Assembly (NCBI GenBank): GCA_043803765.1
Contig: JAZDJQ010000012.1
Coordinates: forward strand, 1,165-65,164
Direction of reading: 5' to 3'
Source: Candidatus Iainarchaeum sp.
GTDB lineage: Archaea > Iainarchaeota > Iainarchaeia > Iainarchaeales > VGJJ01
Length of the DNA: 64,000 nucleotides
The notes below the pieces were generated by a model that had not been told where the DNA came from, ran no database searches, and was given only the letters and a program-made list of their open reading frames with translations. Within the stretch, counting starts at the first letter, position 1, and the number at the start of each line of letters is the position of its first letter. The position numbers and the translations under genes were made by a program. This document shows, piece after piece, positions 37,558 to 45,690 of the stretch.

Positions 37558-38142
37558 ATGAACGAGGAAAAAGCACTCATATTGGATTATCTCCCCCAAG
37601 GAAAAAGCTCCGGCTTCAAGAGTGAGCCTGCGGCATTCGTGTTAGGTATGAACTTTTTCACTATTCTTGAAGTCGTTCCAAAACCCGGCGTAGAATTGAA
37701 GCCATTGGAAGAGGTGTACATTGGAAAGGAATCCCGTGACAAGATTGACCATATTAAGCAGCGCATTCCATTTGAGCAATTAACCAATGTCGCACGAGGA
37801 GAGTTAGAGAAAGCAGTGGAAATAGTAATCCGTGCGAATGAAAAAAGATTTCTCACTTTTTTCAATACAAGCGGGAGTATTTCCCTTAAGCGTCATCAAT
37901 TAGAATTGCTTCCCGGAATTGGCAAACACCATTTAGGTGATATTCTCCGTGCACGGCAGGAAAAACCATTCGAGTCATTTGATGATATTGAAAAAAGAAT
38001 CAAGTTTCTCACTTCGCCTGTTTCGATTCTGCGGAGACGTATTATTTCAGAGTTAGAAGGAGATGAGAAGCATTACCTTTTCGCCCGTCCTCCGCAAGTA
38101 GAGGATGGATTACGTAGGCCGGCAGGACGATTTACTCGGTGA
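37558..38142 (+). CDS. DUF655-family RNA-binding protein
   Basis: EEKALILDYLPQGKS... is the N-terminal hallmark of DUF655. Conserved position between rpoF and ksgA. Confidence 0.7.
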   Translation: MNEEKALILDYLPQGKSSGFKSEPAAFVLGMNFFTILEVVPKPGVELKPLEEVYIGKESRDKIDHIKQRIPFEQLTNVARGELEKAVEIVIRANEKRFLTFFNTSGSISLKRHQLELLPGIGKHHLGDILRARQEKPFESFDDIEKRIKFLTSPVSILRRRIISELEGDEKHYLFARPPQVEDGLRRPAGRFTR

Positions 38143-38975
38143 ACCAATTTGTGAGTCTCGAATTACTTCAACGGAGCATGGTCGAAGCGGGTTTTTTTCC
38201 CGAAAAAAGGTATTCGCAGAATTTTTTGATTGATGAACGGGTTGTGCGTAAACTCGTTGATTCGGCATCTCTCACGATGGGGGATTGCGTGATTGAAATT
38301 GGGGGAGGAACCGGTCTTGTAACGGAAATAATGGCGCAAACCCCTGCGCGGATAACCACAATAGAACTGCATGCGGGGTTAGCCGCTTATTTGAAAAAAA
38401 AGTTTTCAGGAATGAAAAATGTTACTGTGATTGAGAAGGATTTTTTGCAAGTAGACTTGAATCGTGTTCCATTCAACAAAGTAGTAGCCTCGCCCCCTTA
38501 TGCAATCTCAGACGATATTATGTACAAACTATTTCAGCATGGATTTGAACGGGGGAGTTTTATTTGGCAGATGGAATTTGCTGAAAAAATGCTTTCTCCT
38601 CCCGGGAGCGGGGAATACCATCCCTTGTCGGTTATTGCACAGCATTTTTATGATGGAATGATTTTGAGCAGGATTTCTCCAACATCGTTCTATCCTGTCC
38701 CCAATCATTTCTCCGGACTATTAGTATTGAAACGCCGCAAAAAAATTCCTCGATTGGAATCATTTCCAGTATTTGTTTCATTACTCAAAACGCTTTTTCG
38801 TTTTCGCAACAAAACGATGGAGAATGCCCTTAAACAATTACGCAAACATCCGGTAAAAGGACTTAATCACGAATTATTAGAAAATGCAGTTCGTGAACGT
38901 AAACTTGGCGGTGAAAAAGTTTTCCTTGTTGAGCCGGAAGATTTTGTACGAATTTTTCACGATGCGATAAAATAA
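38139..38975 (+). CDS. ksgA: 16S/18S rRNA adenine dimethyltransferase KsgA/Dim1
   Basis: SQNFLIDERVV...VIEIGGGTGLVTE...VVASPPYAISDDIM motifs. Confidence 0.85.
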   Translation: MNQFVSLELLQRSMVEAGFFPEKRYSQNFLIDERVVRKLVDSASLTMGDCVIEIGGGTGLVTEIMAQTPARITTIELHAGLAAYLKKKFSGMKNVTVIEKDFLQVDLNRVPFNKVVASPPYAISDDIMYKLFQHGFERGSFIWQMEFAEKMLSPPGSGEYHPLSVIAQHFYDGMILSRISPTSFYPVPNHFSGLLVLKRRKKIPRLESFPVFVSLLKTLFRFRNKTMENALKQLRKHPVKGLNHELLENAVRERKLGGEKVFLVEPEDFVRIFHDAIK

Positions 38976-39008
38976 AAAAAAATAAAAATATAAAAAAAAT
39001 TAGAAGGA
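38976..39008. terminator. Bidirectional oligo-A/T terminator region
   Basis: taaaaaaaaataaaaatataaaaaaaatt lies between the convergent ksgA (+) and 39023-39832 (-). Archaeal termination occurs at oligo-T runs. Confidence 0.4.
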
Positions 39009-39022
39009 ATGAATGCTTTTAT

Positions 39023-39832
39023 TTATTTTGGACTCGCTCCCAATTCGCAAAAGTATTTGGCGGTGGAATCCGTAATCATATTACAGAGTGCCACGTTGTG
39101 TGTTACTCCTGCCACGCTTCCAATACAGCTGTTGATTCCTCCTTGTGATGCAATACGATTACATATATCAACCGATTTTAGTGATACGGCGACTTCTTGA
39201 TAACAGGTTTCTTTTGCTTTGACTGCAAAAACATTTTGACAAATGACAGGGTTTCCTTCCGATATCGCGGCTTGAATATAACACGAATCCTTTTTGTTTC
39301 CAAATAATCCGTCTAATAATGTTTGCGTGGCGAACAATCCTTCGCATTCGGATTCTTTTACGAGCTTAATATTTTGTCCGGGGGATTGCCGATAATACAG
39401 CCCGGTGAAAACGGTTGGATCATCCGCATTGAGAATAGTGAATCCGGATACGGCAAGGCGGGCCGCATCCTCGGTGCGTACATAGAGAGCAAAAACGAAT
39501 GGTTCTAAACACCCGCATTGCGTACAGGTTGAGTCGGTTGCCTGATAGGTTAATTGCACTTCCTCAATGGGTACGCCTCGAACGGTATAGTAGGAAGTAA
39601 GAATAATAATCTCCTCCTGGACAGGAAAAGTACTATAGGATGCTTGGTGCTGTTGTGCCCACTCGCTTCTCCATGGGATTTCAACGCATTTTTGGGGTTG
39701 CATGAGCACCCACTCTTTTGATTCGGAAGAGGGGTTTCCTTCTACGGGCAATTCCCATTGGGACACCATATAAATAACCACTCCTGAAATAAGAATGATC
39801 CCCAACGTCAAACCTACTGCCCATGGATTCAT
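39023..39832 (-). CDS. Membrane-anchored extracytoplasmic Cys-rich hypothetical protein
   Basis: N-terminal TM helix (AVGLTLGIILISGVVIYMV), then a 240-aa domain with about 14 Cys. No family recognised. Confidence 0.35.
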   Translation of the reverse strand: MNPWAVGLTLGIILISGVVIYMVSQWELPVEGNPSSESKEWVLMQPQKCVEIPWRSEWAQQHQASYSTFPVQEEIIILTSYYTVRGVPIEEVQLTYQATDSTCTQCGCLEPFVFALYVRTEDAARLAVSGFTILNADDPTVFTGLYYRQSPGQNIKLVKESECEGLFATQTLLDGLFGNKKDSCYIQAAISEGNPVICQNVFAVKAKETCYQEVAVSLKSVDICNRIASQGGINSCIGSVAGVTHNVALCNMITDSTAKYFCELGASPK

Positions 39833-39929
39833 CGTGCAACGTGGAGGCGCGCAGGGTTAATAATTCCCCCCGTGTTAATGGGAGTGTTTTTAAGGTTAGA
39901 AATGTTAATGAGTAGAGTAACCGTTTTGA

Positions 39930-41141
39930 GTGAATGTGAGGGGGATGATTTTCATGAGCTCTTTTTTTGACCGGGTGAATCGATTGCAGGATAAGGGGGA
40001 AAGCATAGGATATACGACCACGGGGTCGGTGAATTATCATCCGTATGACGCTCAACCTGTTCGTTTTCATCCTGCAGAGAAAACAGAACAACAGCTCAAA
40101 GATGAGGAAGCCCTTCAGCAAATGATTCAGGAAACCCATGCCAAGATTCGCGTGATTGGAGTAGGAGGGGGAGGAACAAATACCGTACAGCGTTTAAGTG
40201 AAGTAGGATTGGAAGGAGGTGAAATGTTTGCCGTTAACACGGATGCACAAGCATTGTTGCATATTCATGCTCATCGGAAGATTTTGATTGGAAAGCAACT
40301 CACTCGAGGGTTAGGTGCAGGATCGGACCCTTCTATTGGAGAGGCGGCTGCTCGTGAGAGTGAGGAAGATTTGAAAGACTTGTTGAGTGGTTCGGATTTG
40401 GTTTTTATTACATGCGGAATGGGCGGTGGAACGGGAACGGGTGCTGCTCCTGTTATTGCGAATATTGCAAAAGCACAGAATGCACTTACGGTTGGAGTGG
40501 TTACGCTTCCTTTTACGGTAGAAGGAAGAACACGAATTGAGAATGCATTAGAAGGATTAAACCGTTTGCGTAAGGAAGCGGACACGGTTATTATTATTCC
40601 GAATGATAAAATTTTGGAGATTGCTCCTGATTTGCCGGTTAATGCTGCATTCAAAGTGGCGGATGAAGTATTGGTGAATGCGGTAAAAGGAATAACGGAA
40701 ATGATAACACGTCCCGGGTTGATTAATTTGGATTTTGCTGATTTGCGCACCATTCTTTCCAAAGGAGGAGCTGCCCTTATTGGATTAGGTGAAAGTAAAG
40801 CCGATAAAGCGAGTGATGCTCGTGCCCTTGAAGCAGTAGAGAACGCACTCACTTCTCCATTATTGGATGTTGATATTTCAGGTGCGAATCGTGCATTGAT
40901 TAATGTGGTGGGTGGGAGCGATATGACGTTGCGGGAAGCGGAAATGATTGTAGAAGTAGTGGGTTCACGCATTGATGCGAATGCCCATATCATTTGGGGG
41001 GCCATGATTGATGAGAATATGCCCCGTTCGCATATTCAGGCGATGGTGGTGATTGCCGGAGGAAAGATTCCTTTCCTTGATTCTCCTGTAGCGGCAGGGG
41101 AAAGTAATAAATTAGATTTGGATATTGAATTCACTGAGTGA
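39930..41141 (+). CDS. ftsZ: Cell division GTPase FtsZ
   Basis: IRVIGVGGGGTNTV, GMGGGTGTGAAPVIANIAK (tubulin signature), NVDFADL. Probable start at MSSFFDR near 39954. Confidence 0.9.
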   Translation: MNVRGMIFMSSFFDRVNRLQDKGESIGYTTTGSVNYHPYDAQPVRFHPAEKTEQQLKDEEALQQMIQETHAKIRVIGVGGGGTNTVQRLSEVGLEGGEMFAVNTDAQALLHIHAHRKILIGKQLTRGLGAGSDPSIGEAAARESEEDLKDLLSGSDLVFITCGMGGGTGTGAAPVIANIAKAQNALTVGVVTLPFTVEGRTRIENALEGLNRLRKEADTVIIIPNDKILEIAPDLPVNAAFKVADEVLVNAVKGITEMITRPGLINLDFADLRTILSKGGAALIGLGESKADKASDARALEAVENALTSPLLDVDISGANRALINVVGGSDMTLREAEMIVEVVGSRIDANAHIIWGAMIDENMPRSHIQAMVVIAGGKIPFLDSPVAAGESNKLDLDIEFTE

Positions 41142-41164
41142 TACGGAGCACAGGATAGATTGTT

Positions 41165-41356
41165 ATGGCATTCAACATTGGGGAATGGTTTTCTTCTTTC
41201 ATTTCGTCCACCCAGAGGATTCTGATTGTGAGCAAAAAACCAGATACCGCCAAATTTATGAATATGGCAAGAATTACCGCCATTGGGTTAGTAATATTAG
41301 GCGCCCTTGGGTATGCGATTGAGCTTATTACTTTCTTTATTCGGAATGCGGTATAG
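41165..41356 (+). CDS. secE: Preprotein translocase subunit SecE/Sec61-gamma
   Basis: 63 aa, a single C-terminal TM (ITAIGLVILGALGYAIELI) preceded by KKPD...F. Conserved position upstream of spt5. Confidence 0.75.
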   Translation: MAFNIGEWFSSFISSTQRILIVSKKPDTAKFMNMARITAIGLVILGALGYAIELITFFIRNAV

Positions 41357-41385
41357 TCGTGCGTCCAGGGGGGCGTTTTTAAGCA

Positions 41386-41865
41386 TTGTGGGGGTTCTTT
41401 TTCCCTACAAATAGGGTTTTTTTTATGATTTATACCATTCGCACGACGGTTGGACAGGAATCAATGGCAATAGACATTCTAACGGCGCGGGCCAAGAAAG
41501 AGGGGCTGGAGATTTACAGTATGGCATTGATGCCCGGACTGAAAGGATACGTTTTAGTTGAAGCCGACCACGAAAACACCGTACAGCGTGCCATTGCGGG
41601 AATTTCCATCATCAAAAGCCGTGGTGTTGTGGCAGGTCATGTAAAGATTGAGGAAATGGGCACAATTCTATCAAGCAAGCCCTTAATGGAAAGCATTAAG
41701 CCTGACCAGAAAGTAGAATTGATTGCCGGCCCCTTCAAGGGGGAAAAAGCACGCGTGATTAGAGTGAATGAGACAAAGGAAGAAGTCACGGTGGAATTGC
41801 TCGAAGCCACCGTTAAGATACCCGTTACGATTAAAGCGGAACAAATACGCGTAATAAAAGAGTGA
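41386..41865 (+). CDS. spt5: Transcription elongation factor Spt5 (NusG homolog)
   Basis: NGN domain (IYTIRTTVGQE...GYVLVEA) plus KOW (IAGPFKGEKARVIRV). Probable start at 41425 (MIYTIRT). Confidence 0.8.
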   Translation: MWGFFFPTNRVFFMIYTIRTTVGQESMAIDILTARAKKEGLEIYSMALMPGLKGYVLVEADHENTVQRAIAGISIIKSRGVVAGHVKIEEMGTILSSKPLMESIKPDQKVELIAGPFKGEKARVIRVNETKEEVTVELLEATVKIPVTIKAEQIRVIKE

Positions 41866-41956
41866 ATTTTTCTTTTTTTCAAATAGTCCTTTTTTAAGCC
41901 TTTTCAAGTGTTTCAATCGTACTGTTACGCAAGTTTGCTTCTGGGAGAAAAAAGGT

Positions 41957-42436
41957 ATGCCTGAAATAAAGTTGATGATTGATGGGGGAAAAGCCACAGC
42001 AGCCCCTCCTATTGGGCCTGCACTTGCACCGTTGGGGTTGAACGTGGGGAAAATCGTTCAAGAGATTAATGATAAAACAAAGAGCTTTGCAGGGATGAAA
42101 GTTCCCGTGGTACTGGACATTGACAAGAATAAGAATTACACAATTACAGTAGGAAGCCCTCCCACGAGTGCATTGATACGAAAAGAAGCCGGTGCGGATA
42201 AAGGAGCAGGAAATCCCAAAACGGAAGTGAAGGGCAATCTTACTTTTGACCAGGTAAAGAAAATTGCCGAAATGAAGATGGGAAAGTTGAATTCGTACAA
42301 ACTGCGTTCCGCATGCAGGGAAATCATTGGAACGTGCAACACCATGGGAATAACCATTGATGGGAAGCATGCCAAAGCGGTTCAATTAGAATTTACCGAC
42401 GGAAAATTCGACGACCAGTTTGCATCGTCTCGATAA
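41957..42436 (+). CDS. rpl11: 50S ribosomal protein L11
   Basis: KLMIDGGKATAAPPIGPALAPLGLNVGKIVQEIN is a canonical L11. Confidence 0.9.
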   Translation: MPEIKLMIDGGKATAAPPIGPALAPLGLNVGKIVQEINDKTKSFAGMKVPVVLDIDKNKNYTITVGSPPTSALIRKEAGADKGAGNPKTEVKGNLTFDQVKKIAEMKMGKLNSYKLRSACREIIGTCNTMGITIDGKHAKAVQLEFTDGKFDDQFASSR

Positions 42437-42504
42437 GCATTCCCATGTTTGTACCTTCATGTTTTTGAATAGGAAAAGCACGTTTCTTAGTTGAGTGAGA
42501 CATT

Positions 42505-43584
42505 ATGAAGGCAGTATTAGTTTGTGCTGGCACTCTCCGTAAAAATATGGCAGGGGTTGAGCAGTCTGTTTATTATCTTGCTAAATTCCTTCAGAAGAAA
42601 AAAGTGGATGTGGAAGTATATTGTGTTACAGATAATCCAATCGGAAAAACAACATATGATACCATTCCCATCACGGAATTCCCTGGAATCATTTTCAATA
42701 AAGCGTTTTATTTTTCACTTCCATTATATTTTGCACTTGCGAAGGAAAATCATGATGTAATTCATGCATATGGAACGAATTCTCTCACTACTCTTGCCGC
42801 TCTTGCGGCAAAGAAAAAAGGACAGTGCATGGTGATTACCGGGGCAAGCTCTATTTCTTCTTCTCCCTTGAGGAAAAAACTGCACCCGTTAATGTATGCA
42901 ATGTATCGCTTCTTGGCAAAAAAAATAGATTCCCTTATTTGCGTGTCAGCGTATGAGTATGAATTGTTTAAGCAGAATATTCCATTGCCCGAAGAGAAAT
43001 ACGCTCGCATTCCAAATGGTATTGATGTGGAAAAGTTTGCTTCTATTAAAAAAAAGGTGCAAAAACATTCTATTTTAACCGTTGCACGTCTGGTGAAGCA
43101 GAAAGGAGTGCATCGCCTTGTGCGTGCTCTCCCATTGATAATGAAAAAATTCCCAGATGCACACTTATTCATTGTGGGGGATGGAATTGAAATGAAAAAT
43201 TTGCGTGCACAAGTGGAAGAAGAAAAGATGTCTTCCCACGTAACATTTGAAGGATATATTCAGTTTGAAAACTTAGATCGGTTAGCTCAATTGTATTCAA
43301 CATCTCATGTTTTTTCATTGATGGCCGACTCGGAAAGTCAAGGTTTGGTGTATACGATGGCCATTGCCTCACGAACGATTATTGTAGCCACTCAATCAAG
43401 TGCGATGATGGACTTTATTCAAGCAAAAGTGGCATTAGGAGTGAAAAACCCGGATGATTCAAAGGAAGTAGCAGAGAAAATAATGATGGCATTTACGCAT
43501 CCTTTTCCAAAGGGAGAAAATAAGGAACTCGTTTGGTCGTGGGACCGGATTGGGGGGGAAATACTTAAATTATATGGGAAATAA
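42505..43584 (+). CDS. GT4-family glycosyltransferase inserted between rpl11 and rpl1
   Basis: GT-B fold. N-domain MKAVLVCAGTLRKNMAGVEQSVYYLAKFL. C-domain ...FIVGDGIEM...SLMADSESQGLVYTMAIASRTIIVATQ. Confidence 0.7.
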   Translation: MKAVLVCAGTLRKNMAGVEQSVYYLAKFLQKKKVDVEVYCVTDNPIGKTTYDTIPITEFPGIIFNKAFYFSLPLYFALAKENHDVIHAYGTNSLTTLAALAAKKKGQCMVITGASSISSSPLRKKLHPLMYAMYRFLAKKIDSLICVSAYEYELFKQNIPLPEEKYARIPNGIDVEKFASIKKKVQKHSILTVARLVKQKGVHRLVRALPLIMKKFPDAHLFIVGDGIEMKNLRAQVEEEKMSSHVTFEGYIQFENLDRLAQLYSTSHVFSLMADSESQGLVYTMAIASRTIIVATQSSAMMDFIQAKVALGVKNPDDSKEVAEKIMMAFTHPFPKGENKELVWSWDRIGGEILKLYGK

Positions 43585-43704
43585 AGGACGATTGTCCAAG
43601 ATTGTGCGTATTTTAAGCGTGTTTTATTCTCACTCCCTCTCCATTTATGGCCATTCTTTTTAAGCATTCCCCCGCGGAATTACATTACTTTCTCATTCTA
43701 TTCC

Positions 43705-44424
43705 ATGAAGAGGAAGCCGTCCAACCACTTGAGAGTGGGAGGTTTTTCGATGGAAAAAAAACAAGTCTTGAATGCGTTGCAGCAGTTGCGCCAGTCGGCA
43801 AAACCGAGGAAGTTCAAGCAGACGATTGATTTTACGATTAATTTCAAAAATATTGATTTTAAGAAAGTGGAAAACCAAGTCGATGTGGATGTAGCATTAC
43901 CCAATCCTATTGGAAAGGGCGATGGTAAAGTTCTGTTGTTTGTTCGCGATAAAGAATTTGCTTCTCAAGCAAAGGACATCGTAGACCATGTCATGATGGA
44001 AGATGAAATTAGCAAGCTTAACAAGAAACAGATTGCCGAAATAACCAATCAGTATATTGGATTCCTCTCCGAGGGACCCGTCATGTTGACGGTTGGAAAG
44101 TACTTAGGGCAGACGCTTGCACCAAAGAATAGAATGCCCAAGCCCGTAACAATGGATATTAAACAATTGCAAACGATTGTTGCGCGTTTAAAATCGGTAG
44201 TGAAGATTTCCAACCGTAAAGGAAAATTCATGCCCCTTGTTCACGTTTCGATTGGTAAAGAAGAAATGCAGGATGAGGCGATTGCTGAAAATGCGGTTGC
44301 CGTGTATCAAGCAGTTCTCCCTGCAATTGGTAACAAGCCCGGAAACGTAAAATCGGTATTAGTCAAAATGACCATGTCTCCTCCTATTGTGATTGGTGGA
44401 AAGCAAGGGGGCGCATTGGCATGA
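43705..44424 (+). CDS. rpl1: 50S ribosomal protein L1
   Basis: ...RKFKQTIDFTINFKNIDFKK...LPNPIGKGD... Probable start at MEKKQV (43750). Confidence 0.9.
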   Translation: MKRKPSNHLRVGGFSMEKKQVLNALQQLRQSAKPRKFKQTIDFTINFKNIDFKKVENQVDVDVALPNPIGKGDGKVLLFVRDKEFASQAKDIVDHVMMEDEISKLNKKQIAEITNQYIGFLSEGPVMLTVGKYLGQTLAPKNRMPKPVTMDIKQLQTIVARLKSVVKISNRKGKFMPLVHVSIGKEEMQDEAIAENAVAVYQAVLPAIGNKPGNVKSVLVKMTMSPPIVIGGKQGGALA

Positions 44425-45269
44425 CAACGCACACGCGTAAATGGAAAGAATCCGAAGTCGCTCGCCTCACCCAGTTGGCAAAAGAATATCCTGTTATTGG
44501 AGTAGCAGACTTGAAAGGTTTCCCTGCTAGTTTGCACGGTTCACTAAAAGTAAAGCTCGCAGGAAAAGCCGTGTTGACTGTTTCAAAACGCAAAGTGATT
44601 CAGCATGCTTTCAGGAACGCAGGAATTGATTCTTCATTAGTTGACAATGTGAAAGGGTCAAGTGCTGTTCTTTTCACCAAGACGAATCCATTTGAATTAT
44701 TTTCATTAGTTAAACAATCATCCGGAAAGGTTTCAGCGAAAGAAGGACAATTAGCCCCTGAAGACATTGTGATTCCCGCCGGAGATACGGGGTTGCCTCC
44801 CGGTCCTGCATTATCCGACTTGAAGGGTGCCGGTCTTAATGTACGAGTACAGGGCGCCACGATTGCAGTGGTGGAAGACAAGGTTGTAACGAAGAAAGGG
44901 GAGCCTGTCACCAAGCCGGTGATTAGTGTGCTTGGAAAGTTTGGAATAAAACCAATCAAGTTACGGTTATCTCTTACGAATGTGCTTGAAAATGGAACAA
45001 TCTATCCTGCCTCTGTTCTTGACATTGATGAAGAAGCCGTGTTCAACCAGTTTGTTAGAGCGGAACAACAGGCATTCAATCTTTCAGTAAACGCTGGAAT
45101 TTACACGGATAAATCCATTCCTGTTATTCTGGGGAAGGCATTCCGCGAGGCAAAAGCAGTAGCAATAGAAGCCAATGTTATTACATCCGAAACCGCGGTC
45201 GAAGTGTTAGGAAAGGCGCAGCGTGCTGCGGTTGAAATCAATTCCCAGCTTAAGGAGGACACCCTGTAG
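44421..45269 (+). CDS. rplP0: 50S ribosomal protein L10 / acidic ribosomal protein P0
   Basis: KWKESEVARLTQLAKEYPVIGVADLKGFPASL... P0 family. Start overlaps the rpl1 stop. Confidence 0.85.
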   Translation: MTTHTRKWKESEVARLTQLAKEYPVIGVADLKGFPASLHGSLKVKLAGKAVLTVSKRKVIQHAFRNAGIDSSLVDNVKGSSAVLFTKTNPFELFSLVKQSSGKVSAKEGQLAPEDIVIPAGDTGLPPGPALSDLKGAGLNVRVQGATIAVVEDKVVTKKGEPVTKPVISVLGKFGIKPIKLRLSLTNVLENGTIYPASVLDIDEEAVFNQFVRAEQQAFNLSVNAGIYTDKSIPVILGKAFREAKAVAIEANVITSETAVEVLGKAQRAAVEINSQLKEDTL

Positions 45270-45326
45270 GGGTGCTTTTACCGTCATTACATAAATGACA
45301 AAAAAGGAGAAATGAGGTGACACGCC

Positions 45327-45629
45327 ATGGAATATGTGTATAGTGCGATGCTCTTGCATTCCGCAAAGAAAGAAGTCAGCGAGGCGCATGTCACGAAGGT
45401 GTTGGAAGCCGCGGGAATCACGCCGGATTCCGCCCGCGTGAAGGCACTCGTTGCATCTTTAAAGAACGTCAACATTGACGATGCAATTGCGAAAGCAGCC
45501 GTTTCGGCCGCGCCGGTTGCCGCTGCACCCGCAGCTGCAGGAGTAGCCAAAGCCGAAGCCAAGCCAGTAAAGGATGAGAAAAAGTCCGAAGAAGAAGCAG
45601 CCGCCGGGTTAGCCAGCTTGTTTGGATAA
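45327..45629 (+). CDS. rpl12: 50S ribosomal protein L12 / P1 stalk protein
   Basis: [19 protein letters not shown]... with an Ala/Pro hinge and acidic C-terminus ...[13 protein letters not shown]. Confidence 0.85.
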   Translation: MEYVYSAMLLHSAKKEVSEAHVTKVLEAAGITPDSARVKALVASLKNVNIDDAIAKAAVSAAPVAAAPAAAGVAKAEAKPVKDEKKSEEEAAAGLASLFG

Positions 45630-45690
45630 ATTTGCTCGTATAGAAAAAAGGGGGATGGGGCGCTGTGCTCCATCTTTCTTCTTTTTCTAT
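45630..45690 (+). terminator. Oligo-T terminator after rpl12
   Basis: tttcttctttttctatatcttgttttttttacctttttt directly follows the rpl12 stop. Confidence 0.4.
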
